Shown in pieces: positions 1 through 7,069 of a DNA stretch of 25,073 bases. Both the position numbers and the translations under genes were made by a program. How positions within the stretch are numbered: the first letter of the stretch is position 1; each line of letters opens with the position of its first letter. Where the stretch lies: the IMG/VR virus record IMGVR_UViG_3300034357_000231, positions 1 through 25,073 of that record, one strand, 5' to 3'. The notes under the pieces are model-generated. The model had not been told where the DNA came from. It saw only the letters and a program-made list of their open reading frames with translations, and did no database searches. This stretch comes from a virus. Lineage: Duplodnaviria > Caudoviricetes.

Positions 1-145
1 ATCCGCCGCGCTTGTCAAGGCGCGCCTCGTCCCGTTCTTGCTCTAGTTTGCGGGCCAGCTCTAGCATCTCCTCCAAATAAATGAGATTGCCGGGATTCTC
101 TGTCAGTAGGCGCTCATAGAGCGCGTCCGTCTCTGGTGTGTCCAT
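1..145 (-). CDS. Hypothetical phage protein, truncated by the window edge
   Basis: Hand translation from ATG at 145: MDTPETDALYERLLTENPGNLIYLEEMLELARKLEQERDEARLDKRGG, open to the edge. Starts 5 nt after the upstream stop. Not in the ORF track. Confidence 0.7.
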   Translation of the reverse strand, partial: MDTPETDALYERLLTENPGNLIYLEEMLELARKLEQERDEARLDKRGG

Positions 146-150
146 ATTCG

Positions 151-381
151 TTAGTCGCTGTATCGCGTTGATTGCCCTGTCCATATGTGTGTCCCGTCGT
201 GCTGCGCGTGCTCGACTGCAAAAGACTGGCCGCCGAGACCGTGGATGTTCGCGATGTCTTCGACCGCCAGCCGTGTTAAGGCGTTTTGAGATGTAATCTC
301 GAACGTAAACCGTTCGACGTTTCCGCTGCTGGAGAGATGATCTCTCGCACCTTCTACCGTGATTGTATTTTGTATTTTCAT
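151..381 (-). CDS. Hypothetical protein (76 aa)
   Basis: Fills the gap between co-oriented neighbours; A-rich start context. Confidence 0.65.
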   Translation of the reverse strand: MKIQNTITVEGARDHLSSSGNVERFTFEITSQNALTRLAVEDIANIHGLGGQSFAVEHAQHDGTHIWTGQSTRYSD

Positions 382-387
382 ATTTTT

Positions 388-570
388 TTAGCGGAACCAC
401 TTCGCAAAGTGTCCGAAATTTCTAGGTTGCGTTACGTTGTTATTTTTGCCGCAGACGTCGCACTGGCCGTAATGCCAATTCGCAATGCGCCTGGACTTGC
501 TGCCGTGCTTTACGCCGCAGTCCCAGCACGACCAGGCTGGGTAAGGACGTTCTTCTTTTTTAGTTTTCAT
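388..570 (-). CDS. Small putative zinc-binding protein (60 aa)
   Basis: Two CxxC motifs (CWDC, CDVC); ATGA overlap with the upstream gene. Confidence 0.7.
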   Translation of the reverse strand: MKTKKEERPYPAWSCWDCGVKHGSKSRRIANWHYGQCDVCGKNNNVTQPRNFGHFAKWFR

Positions 571-764
571 TTCTTTTTTTTAGTTTGGTTGGTCTCTGCA
601 ATGTATCTCTCGACCGCCTGCATGTGCTCCGTCGCTAGTGCTCGACCGTCCGCGTCGTCCGAGTAGCTCGTGTCGTAGCGCGGCATCGGCAAGTTGCGAG
701 ACAGGCGGAACCCTATCGGGACTTCGGCCATGCAGATTACTAATCGGATCGAAAGCGGTTGCAT
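567..764 (-). CDS. Hypothetical protein (about 65 aa, start uncertain)
   Basis: Track ORF 567..839; ATG at 764 preferred for its A-rich context and lack of overlap with the upstream gene. Confidence 0.55.
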   Translation of the reverse strand: MQPLSIRLVICMAEVPIGFRLSRNLPMPRYDTSYSDDADGRALATEHMQAVERYIAETNQTKKKK

Positions 765-819
765 ATTTATTTTCCTGCGCGTATCCCGCCGCGCCCCGGT
801 GCCTGCTGCTAGGGGGAGA

Positions 820-1323
820 TCAGAACGGGATATCGTCACCGTCTGGATCGATCGCCGACACTATCCCTGTCGGTGCCTTAACCTTTTGGGGAACGCGCAC
901 CGAGCCTGCAAGCCTTTCAGCCATGAACTTCTTGCGCTCGTCCCCGAAAACCCAGCGCTCCAGACAATTGAATTTGTGGTCTGGGTTTGTTGCTCCTGGC
1001 TCTTCGCCGATCAGCGCCACGCCTTTGACTCCGACAATATCTAGCGCTTCAATCTCGACGTCTTCGCCGGGGATTACTGCTCGCCCGATCGACGCTAGGA
1101 ACTGATCGATCTTCCAGCTCGCCTTCGCCGTAAAGACGAGATGATCCCAAACTTCAGGGCCTTCGCTTCCGTCAGGTAGAAGGATCGTGCAGACCAGTTT
1201 AATCATCGCGTTGCCGCTCTGACTTGTTTTCTCGGTCGCGCTTGCAACCTCGACGTTATAGATACCCGGCGGGACGAGATAGACTCCCGCTGGTTTTGGT
1301 TCGCTCGCTTTGTATGTTGGCAT
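820..1323 (-). CDS. DUF669-like single-stranded DNA-binding protein
   Basis: PPGIYNV...KTSQSGNAMIKL N-terminus and acidic DDIPF C-terminal tail; located in a Sak4 module. Confidence 0.8.
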   Translation of the reverse strand: MPTYKASEPKPAGVYLVPPGIYNVEVASATEKTSQSGNAMIKLVCTILLPDGSEGPEVWDHLVFTAKASWKIDQFLASIGRAVIPGEDVEIEALDIVGVKGVALIGEEPGATNPDHKFNCLERWVFGDERKKFMAERLAGSVRVPQKVKAPTGIVSAIDPDGDDIPF

Positions 1324-1326
1324 TTT

Positions 1327-2346
1327 CTATTTTTCTTTTTGTTTAAATTGACGCATTTGCTTTGTGCCTGGAGCCGTCTTTACCAGTGTCTGGGGATTCT
1401 CAATGCCTAGCTCTGCAGCCAGTTCGAGAAATTGTTCTGCGCTCATCTTGCCGCCGCCGGTTAGAAACGCATGCGTCGGCGTGAGCTGTGCTGCGAGCAT
1501 CAGTGCCGTTGCAGGCTCGATGTATTGCCGATCTTTTGGGTTGGTCAGTGCCCACCCATCAATCGTCTCTCCTGCCTCCAGCCGTGCTTTTAACGCGTCG
1601 TTGAGCGGGTCGCCAAATTCCTTGACAAAGAATTTGAATCTCGCCACAAAATCCGCGTGCTGTTTTGGATCCGCGAGAAGCCTGTCGCGAATGATCGTGA
1701 GCGAATCTCCGTTGACTGCAGAGACATCGGCGAGAGCGGCCTTGCTTTGCACAACGAGCGCCTTGCAGGTGTCTTGGTGTTTGCACCAGCCGCAATACTC
1801 GCACGGTGTCGGCTGCGCCAGTGGTGACGTGGCGCGCGAGACAATTGATGTAATCACCCGCTCCGCCTGCTCGCGAGTAAATCGGTAGCTGCGCACCACT
1901 CGGTGATCGATGTAAAGGACGTGTGCCGTCCACTCCTCGACCCAGTATTGATCCATGCACGCTAGGCTGTAAGCCGCGAGCTGCTCGCGGTAGTTTCTGA
2001 TCTGGCCCGACTTAATATCTGCGACCCATCTGCGCAATTCGCAGAGCGCATCCGCTGTGCCGCTTGCCGAGAGTTGGCTGACGTGCATGGCAAGATATTC
2101 TTCGCGAGTCTCAATGTAAGCGCCCTCGCTTAACTCTCGCAACTTTTCCACTCCCCACACGCAGGCCGCGAAGTCTTCGCTCCCCGGCTCTAGCGTCGAG
2201 AGCGGCAACGGATTGCCGAGCATCGTCTCGCGGATGATCACGTCGAGCTGCGTGCCACGCATCGCGGCGGGACTGCTCCCGCCGCTGGATTCGTAGAGCA
2301 CGCACTCGGAGAGTTTCGAGAGCGAGCTGCAACGGATTTCGCTCAT
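1327..2346 (-). CDS. PD-(D/E)XK exonuclease, Cas4/RecB-like, probable Fe-S cluster
   Basis: GTAD...VADIKSG...QLAAY nuclease motifs, an N-terminal Cys and PCEYCGWCKHQDTC. Start moved to 2346 (ATGA overlap with the upstream stop). Confidence 0.8.
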   Translation of the reverse strand: MSEIRCSSLSKLSECVLYESSGGSSPAAMRGTQLDVIIRETMLGNPLPLSTLEPGSEDFAACVWGVEKLRELSEGAYIETREEYLAMHVSQLSASGTADALCELRRWVADIKSGQIRNYREQLAAYSLACMDQYWVEEWTAHVLYIDHRVVRSYRFTREQAERVITSIVSRATSPLAQPTPCEYCGWCKHQDTCKALVVQSKAALADVSAVNGDSLTIIRDRLLADPKQHADFVARFKFFVKEFGDPLNDALKARLEAGETIDGWALTNPKDRQYIEPATALMLAAQLTPTHAFLTGGGKMSAEQFLELAAELGIENPQTLVKTAPGTKQMRQFKQKEK

Positions 2347-3284
2347 GCGTTTGTTGCCCTCCATTCCAAAGCGGTGTTGACGAATTGATCGACGCGGCCA
2401 GCCACTCTGTGGAGATACTCTGGTTCGCAGTCGCGCCACGTCTGCTCGCTAGTTAAGACGTTGCGCGAGATGAGAAATTGATTGACGGCGCCTTCGTGCT
2501 CCGCGAGTCGTGCCTTCCAATCCTGCGCTGGCGGCTGCTCTGGCTGCTCTGCTGACGCTGGCATTGCTGCTGATACCGAGACAGGCTCAAACAAATGCGC
2601 CACCGATTCCCAAACTAGCGGCAACTCTTCTGCCAATCCGCTGCGTGTCTTGGCATCGTAGGCTGCCGAATGCGTCGTTAGGATGATGCGCTCCTTGCCG
2701 CCGATGCCTTTGCCGCGGCCAGTGTCAGTGGTCGAAACTTTGGTCTTAAATCTCAAGAACCAAAGCTCGTCTGCGAACTCCTTGAGCAGCGGCGAGCACT
2801 GCTTTGAGAGCTTGAGTTCGTAGCGGTCGTATGCTGCCAACGCGTCCGGCGCTTCGAACTTGTGGATTTTACTGTGGGCGATCAGCACTACGTTCTTTCC
2901 GACTTCGATGAGTGCATCAACGCTAGACAGCATCCGGGCCATCCGCTCGGCCACCATCACCCATCCCTTGCCGTATCCAAAATCTTCGATGCTGGTCTTC
3001 TTCGTAGTCGCCAGCAGGTCTTCGATGCAGAGCCGCTCGGCCCAATCCGCGCTGTCGATGACAATGGTTTTGTAGTCGGAGCTGCGGCACTCTGTCAGCG
3101 AGTCGGTCAACTGCTTCCAGCTGCCGATGTCGCAGCGGTCAACATCTAGGTGGCTAGTGCCCTGCTCGATGTCCAGGAAGAGCGGCTTTGGGAATTGAGC
3201 CGCGAAGGTTGATTTGCCGACGCTTTCGACGCCGTAGATTACTACGCGCTGGGCGCGTTGTTGTTTTCCTGATGTAATTTTCAT
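2343..3284 (-). CDS. AAA_24 / Sak4-like recombination ATPase
   Basis: Walker A GVESVGKS, LFLDIEQGT, Walker B IVIDS, GYGKG and AKTR motifs; adjacent to nuclease and SSB genes. Confidence 0.88.
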   Translation of the reverse strand: MKITSGKQQRAQRVVIYGVESVGKSTFAAQFPKPLFLDIEQGTSHLDVDRCDIGSWKQLTDSLTECRSSDYKTIVIDSADWAERLCIEDLLATTKKTSIEDFGYGKGWVMVAERMARMLSSVDALIEVGKNVVLIAHSKIHKFEAPDALAAYDRYELKLSKQCSPLLKEFADELWFLRFKTKVSTTDTGRGKGIGGKERIILTTHSAAYDAKTRSGLAEELPLVWESVAHLFEPVSVSAAMPASAEQPEQPPAQDWKARLAEHEGAVNQFLISRNVLTSEQTWRDCEPEYLHRVAGRVDQFVNTALEWRATNA

Positions 3285-3775
3285 TTGTTATTAATTTTTT
3301 TGATTTCGTTGAATAATGGGCCGAACTCAAATAGTTCAGCGAGTTTTGAATATCTGACTTGGAATGCAATGAGTTCACTTTTTGCGTTTGCGATGACCTG
3401 CCGTGTTGCCTCTGCATCGTCCATGATGTTATTGACATGGATGAAACTACCGCGTTTTGCGTTGTCGATTGTGCCGTCTGGCTCAAGGTGTTTGATCGGC
3501 CAGAAGGCGCGAACCGTCAGCGTCTTTTGATCCGATGTGGTGATCTCTACTTTAATCCTACGAATAAGATCGTAGGCTTGCGCCTCGCGCCACTTGATAG
3601 CGGCTTCAGTGTCGTCCCACTCAAAGTATTTGTGCAGACTGCTGAGTGGGTTTGCTGCTTCCGTCAGGAGCGTTCGCGGGTTGAGTCCTGCCGGACGACT
3701 CGCGATTGATTCCAACTGTTTTTTGATCTCATCGTTTTTCGATTCAATCTCGTTTTCTTCTTTTATCAGTTTCAT
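3281..3775 (-). CDS. Conserved-looking phage hypothetical protein; candidate accessory gene of the RAMP/array cassette
   Basis: 164 aa with motif SLHKYFEWDDTEAAIKWR; first gene after the array; ATGA-coupled to the ATPase gene. Confidence 0.75.
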   Translation of the reverse strand: MKLIKEENEIESKNDEIKKQLESIASRPAGLNPRTLLTEAANPLSSLHKYFEWDDTEAAIKWREAQAYDLIRRIKVEITTSDQKTLTVRAFWPIKHLEPDGTIDNAKRGSFIHVNNIMDDAEATRQVIANAKSELIAFQVRYSKLAELFEFGPLFNEIKKINNK

Positions 3776-3839
3776 TTTCTATTTTGTTTGTTGTTTGCGA
3801 TCCACTTATACCCCGCTCTATCGCTGCGGTTTGTGCTAT

Positions 3840-4164
3840 GCCTGCCTTGCCGCGCCCCGCCGTGCCGAGCCATGCCGCGCCACGCCCAGCCTGCCTTGCC
3901 GAGCCATACCTCGCCCCGCCTCGCCATGCCTAGCCTGCCTTGCCGTGCCCCGCCTCGCCACGCCTCGCCACGCCACGCCTGCCTTACCATGCCTGGCCTT
4001 GCCGCGCCGCGCCGCGCCTCGCCTTGCCTGCCTTGCCGTGCCTTGCCGAGCCTGGCCTTGCCCAGCCTGCCTTGCCTTGCCATACCAATCCTCGCCGCGC
4101 CTAGCCTGCCGTGCCGCGCCGAGCCTTGCCTTGCCTTGCCCGGCCCTGCCTCGCCTAGCCTGCG
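3840..4164 (-). repeat. GGY-NN pentamer array, seven units separated by GGCAGGC; putative guide-RNA array
   Basis: Hand parse of 3840-4160: 66 constant triplets (62 GGC, 3 GGT, 1 GGA on minus), 58 variable dinucleotides and 7 single-A linkers. An eighth, degenerate linker (CGCAGGC) lies at 4158-4164. Confidence 0.92.
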
Positions 4165-4171
4165 TAGGGTT

Positions 4172-4221
4172 GCAGTCGGATTCCACGGAATCCGCTGCGG
4201 GTTGTATTGTCGCCGTGGCGA
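4172..4221 (-). ncRNA. Structured leader of the array (two hairpins)
   Basis: Plus strand GCAG-t-CGGATTCC-ac-GGAATCCG-CTGC at 4172-4198 and TCGCC-gt-GGCGA at 4210-4221. Confidence 0.55.
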
Positions 4222-4229
4222 AAGTCATA

Positions 4230-4856
4230 CTATTCGTTAGCGAGGGTGAAAGTGCCCCAGCCCATGCCGGCTGACATCTTGGAGTCTGGGCGACCTTCGC
4301 CGATACCCACTTGCTGCCCAACTCGCTGGAGTAGGTTGGCAACATCCGTCGAAGTGAACTGGTCAGAATCATAGCTGATGTTCACATCAGCAGACCAAGG
4401 CCAAAATTTAGCCCGCACCCGGATGTCGCAGACGCCTGTCGCGTTTCGAGCGTGCATGATATGTGGCTCCGACGTTCCGATGATTTTTATCAACGGGACG
4501 GCGTCCACTTTATCGAATCCATCGCCCTCGACAAAGATCGAGAGCTTGGCCAGCGTCATTTTAAACCCTACCAATCGGCAGGCTGAAATAAGACCGTTGC
4601 GAAATGCTCCGGCGGGGATGCCTTCCCATCCTTCGCTGCTGACGTGCTTTGCTGCCACGAAGTCCGCGTCAAAGTCGCGTGCCTCTTTGGCTTTTTTCTT
4701 GTTTGCTTGGCTTCCCAGCTTGTGCTTTTCGATCATCGTGTTGATCGCCTTCTCCGAAAATCGGAGTTGGATGTAGGGTGCCGTGCCGACGATGTTAAAT
4801 CGTGCCTTGACGATGTTAGGTGCTTTGATTGTTACGTTTTCAGTTTCTGGTTTCAT
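4230..4856 (-). CDS. Stand-alone RAMP / Cas7-like RNA-binding protein
   Basis: N-terminal strand plus GTAP, GIPAGAFRNGLISA (compare IPGSSLKGALR in Csm3/Cmr-type RAMPs), and C-terminal glycine-rich loop GIGEGRPDSKMSAGMGWGTF. Confidence 0.75.
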   Translation of the reverse strand: MKPETENVTIKAPNIVKARFNIVGTAPYIQLRFSEKAINTMIEKHKLGSQANKKKAKEARDFDADFVAAKHVSSEGWEGIPAGAFRNGLISACRLVGFKMTLAKLSIFVEGDGFDKVDAVPLIKIIGTSEPHIMHARNATGVCDIRVRAKFWPWSADVNISYDSDQFTSTDVANLLQRVGQQVGIGEGRPDSKMSAGMGWGTFTLANE

Positions 4857-4873
4857 ATTCTGTATTTCTATTT

Positions 4874-5308
4874 CTATTTTTCGTTGGTTTCGGCAGCGTA
4901 TACGGCCACTGCCAGTGCCGCCCAGGTGTGGGATTTGATGCCGTAGGTTCCCCCCGGCTTCTTCTTCGTTCCTTGCGGCCCGAAAATGTCGATGAGTCTC
5001 TGGCGGATGTTGCCGTCCTTGGCTCGCATAGAGCCGCAGAGATACATTTTAACATCCTTGCGGTAGCAGAGCCGCACCTCGCAGCGCGCCACCTCGATAA
5101 ATCGCCCGATCCAGACACAGGTTTCGAATGTCGAAGACCCTACCGCCATGCCGTAAGATGCGATCATCTCACAAGCGACGCTTGTGTATTCGCGGCCGAT
5201 CAGAATCTGCCTGATCTCCGCATTCGGTAGGTGGCCGTGGTCGATGATCAGGCCGCGCTCAAATTGCACAAAAGCGGTGTGCGTTGTGCCGGGGTCGAGT
5301 GCGATCAT
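4874..5308 (-). CDS. RuvC-like (RNase H fold) resolvase
   Basis: IALDPGTTHTA, VACE, and C-terminal HTWAALAVA helix. Start set to 5308 (ATGA overlap). Confidence 0.72.
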   Translation of the reverse strand: MIALDPGTTHTAFVQFERGLIIDHGHLPNAEIRQILIGREYTSVACEMIASYGMAVGSSTFETCVWIGRFIEVARCEVRLCYRKDVKMYLCGSMRAKDGNIRQRLIDIFGPQGTKKKPGGTYGIKSHTWAALAVAVYAAETNEK

Positions 5309-5535
5309 TTCAGTGCCGCCCTTTTGAGTTTGTCTGCAGGCAGACCCAAAATCTCGCAGATGTGTGCGAACGATTTGCTCCGAATAAAATGCAGCGCGCT
5401 CGCCCTGTTGTCGGTCTGTTCCCGGCGCGTGGATTTGGAGGCGTATTCCTTGTCGTTCTGCGCGTCGATGATTGATAGCTCGACCATGCCACAGAGAACA
5501 TTCCTGACAAACATATCGCACATCGGCTCGCTCAT
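5305..5535 (-). CDS. Hypothetical protein (76 aa)
   Basis: ATGA overlaps at both ends. Confidence 0.7.
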   Translation of the reverse strand: MSEPMCDMFVRNVLCGMVELSIIDAQNDKEYASKSTRREQTDNRASALHFIRSKSFAHICEILGLPADKLKRAALK

Positions 5536-5684
5536 TTCCGTTCTCCTTTGTTGTGGCGGTTAAACCACCATTTCCGCATTTTCGTGGCCTCGTCTTCGGC
5601 TCTGAGTTTGCCGACTAGGTATCCAGCGGCAAACGTCATCACTCCGCCGATGGAGTAGATGAGAATAAATTCTTGTGCGCTCAT
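5532..5684 (-). CDS. Small membrane protein (50 aa)
   Basis: Hand translation MSAQEFILIYSIGGVMTFAAGYLVGKLRAEDEATKMRKWWFNRHNKGERK; ATGA overlaps at both ends. Not in the ORF track. Confidence 0.75.
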   Translation of the reverse strand: MSAQEFILIYSIGGVMTFAAGYLVGKLRAEDEATKMRKWWFNRHNKGERK

Positions 5685-5884
5685 TGTGTGATCCAGTGCA
5701 AGGCGGTGATTTGTCCGTTGACTAGCAACCTTGCGCTAGGGTGCGTGCTGGTTTCGCTGGCCCAAACTTCTCCGTGCGACTCGACCCACCCTTTACCTAA
5801 GTCGATGTCTAGGCAGGTGGCGATGTCTCTCGCTCCGCCGACGCTGCGGCGGGCTCCGTCGCTGTATTCGATTGTGATTTTCAT
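5681..5884 (-). CDS. Hypothetical protein (67 aa)
   Basis: A-rich start context; coupled to the downstream gene. Confidence 0.65.
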   Translation of the reverse strand: MKITIEYSDGARRSVGGARDIATCLDIDLGKGWVESHGEVWASETSTHPSARLLVNGQITALHWITQ

Positions 5885-5904
5885 TTTTGTAGTAGGTTAA
5901 TTTT

Positions 5905-6270
5905 TTAGGCTGGGATCAGGTCAACGATGTTGTTGCGCTTAGAGAGTGCGCGGTATCCGGCGGGAGTTGTCGAGCCTTCGATGATGATGTGGGCGGGGAT
6001 CGCTGCGCCGCGTGAGCGGGTTTCCAGCTTTCCGGAGACTAGGGTGATCTGGCGGCTTGTGCCGCAGTAGAGGTAAAAGGGAGCAAACATTTTGTATGCG
6101 CTTTTGTAGGTGTTGGGAACTGATGAGCGGGCGCTGATTGCGCTGGTCACTTTGTAGCCTTCGGATTCTAACTCGGTGATGCGATCGGCTAGGTCTTTAG
6201 CTGCGCTCTCTGGAGCAGCGTGGGTGTATTTGGTGAGAGCTGCGGCGGCTGGTGCGATTGTGATTTTCAT
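5905..6270 (-). CDS. Hypothetical protein (121 aa), first gene of the early operon
   Basis: Follows the AT-rich intergenic region; A-rich leader. Confidence 0.7.
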   Translation of the reverse strand: MKITIAPAAAALTKYTHAAPESAAKDLADRITELESEGYKVTSAISARSSVPNTYKSAYKMFAPFYLYCGTSRQITLVSGKLETRSRGAAIPAHIIIEGSTTPAGYRALSKRNNIVDLIPA

Positions 6271-6446
6271 TTTGTATTTCTGTTGTTGGTTTCTTCGTCG
6301 GAGGGCTCATCCCTCGTTCGATGTGCAAACCATCTAACATCTCAAAAAATTGAAAAGCTTTTTTTTAAAAATATATTTTCCGCCGAGACGAAAAAAAGCT
6401 TTACATACCCACTCAGCCAATGCCAGAGCGGCTCTGCGGGCGTTCC
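6271..6446 (-). promoter_or_regulatory. Probable early promoter/operator region
   Basis: AT-rich gap between lysis and early genes; 12-bp inverted repeat at 6354-6365/6391-6402; hairpin GAGGG-N5-CCCTC at 6301-6315. Confidence 0.5.
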
Positions 6447-6881
6447 CTACCCGTGCCAGTCTGTGTTTTTACCCCTACAGTCGATGTGGACAAATCCTGC
6501 ATAGGTGCCGATTCCGCCTGAGAAAATGCCCTCTGAGCGCACCTGCTTGGCGATCTTTACGATCTCAGGGACGGGGACTTTGGCGGTGATATCGAGCGCC
6601 ATAAACTTGACGTGGTAACTGTGCAGTGCTCCGCCAATAGCCTTGTTGTATTTTTCGTTTCGGTAGGCCGAAATGATGCGCACCGGCACTCCGAGCCGCT
6701 CGCGTATTGCATCCGCAGCGTAGAGCGTCGGGATGATGTCAGCCCAGAGAGCGCGAGCGGGGATCCTGTTGCAACGCAGGTAAGAATTGCTCGCTCCGAG
6801 CGTCAGAACTTCCTTCGCTCTAAAATATTTGATCCCTTGGCGGTCGAGCAACTTTTGGAAGTCGATATGCGCTTGGGTCAT
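6447..6881 (-). CDS. Endolysin, peptidase M15 family (Peptidase_M15_3-like)
   Basis: ISAYR...YN..IGGA..SYH....ALDI and FVHIDCRG zinc peptidase motifs. Confidence 0.88.
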   Translation of the reverse strand: MTQAHIDFQKLLDRQGIKYFRAKEVLTLGASNSYLRCNRIPARALWADIIPTLYAADAIRERLGVPVRIISAYRNEKYNKAIGGALHSYHVKFMALDITAKVPVPEIVKIAKQVRSEGIFSGGIGTYAGFVHIDCRGKNTDWHG

Positions 6882-7069
6882 TTATCTCGGCGGGTAGGCG
6901 AGTGCATGATGTAGCCTCCTGCGCGGTCAATTAGCTCGAGCGGCGGAGAGAACGAAAGCGTCACGTTGCCTGCCTTCGTCGGCCAAGACACAGCGCATCC
7001 GGTCAGCAGCAAAATGACAGCGAATATCATCGCCGCAAACATACCATGAACGAGAGTTGCGTAGTTCAT
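6878..7069 (-). CDS. Small lipoprotein, possible spanin component
   Basis: Signal peptide ending in LLLTGC lipobox; ATGA overlaps; within the lysis cassette. Confidence 0.65.
   Translation of the reverse strand: MNYATLVHGMFAAMIFAVILLLTGCAVSWPTKAGNVTLSFSPPLELIDRAGGYIMHSPTRRDK

Noticed and set aside
1327-2346. Cas4-like nuclease as evidence of CRISPR adaptation
   Set aside because: No cas1 or cas2 is present, and such nucleases are routine in phage Sak4 modules.
3840-4164. Canonical CRISPR array or simple microsatellite
   Set aside because: There are no 23-50 bp repeats with unique spacers, and variation is confined to two of every five positions with regular punctuation.
3594-4372. Four overlapping track ORFs across the repeat (Arg/Gly/Ala- or Pro/Cys-rich)
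   Set aside because: They arise because the GC-rich repeat has few stop codons. A 5-nt period broken by 4-nt linkers is not codon-compatible, and they overlap real genes.
6288-6312. GATGAG...GAAAC on minus resembling a hammerhead ribozyme core
   Set aside because: It lacks CTGATGA and a proper stem II.
6324-6340. Gapped self-match of unit U3 (TG.AA.CA.TC.AA.AC versus TGcAAaCCaTCtAAcAT) in the promoter region
   Set aside because: 10 of 12 bases match, but my rough binomial estimate gives about two such matches by chance on both strands of 25 kb. Not significant without experimental support.
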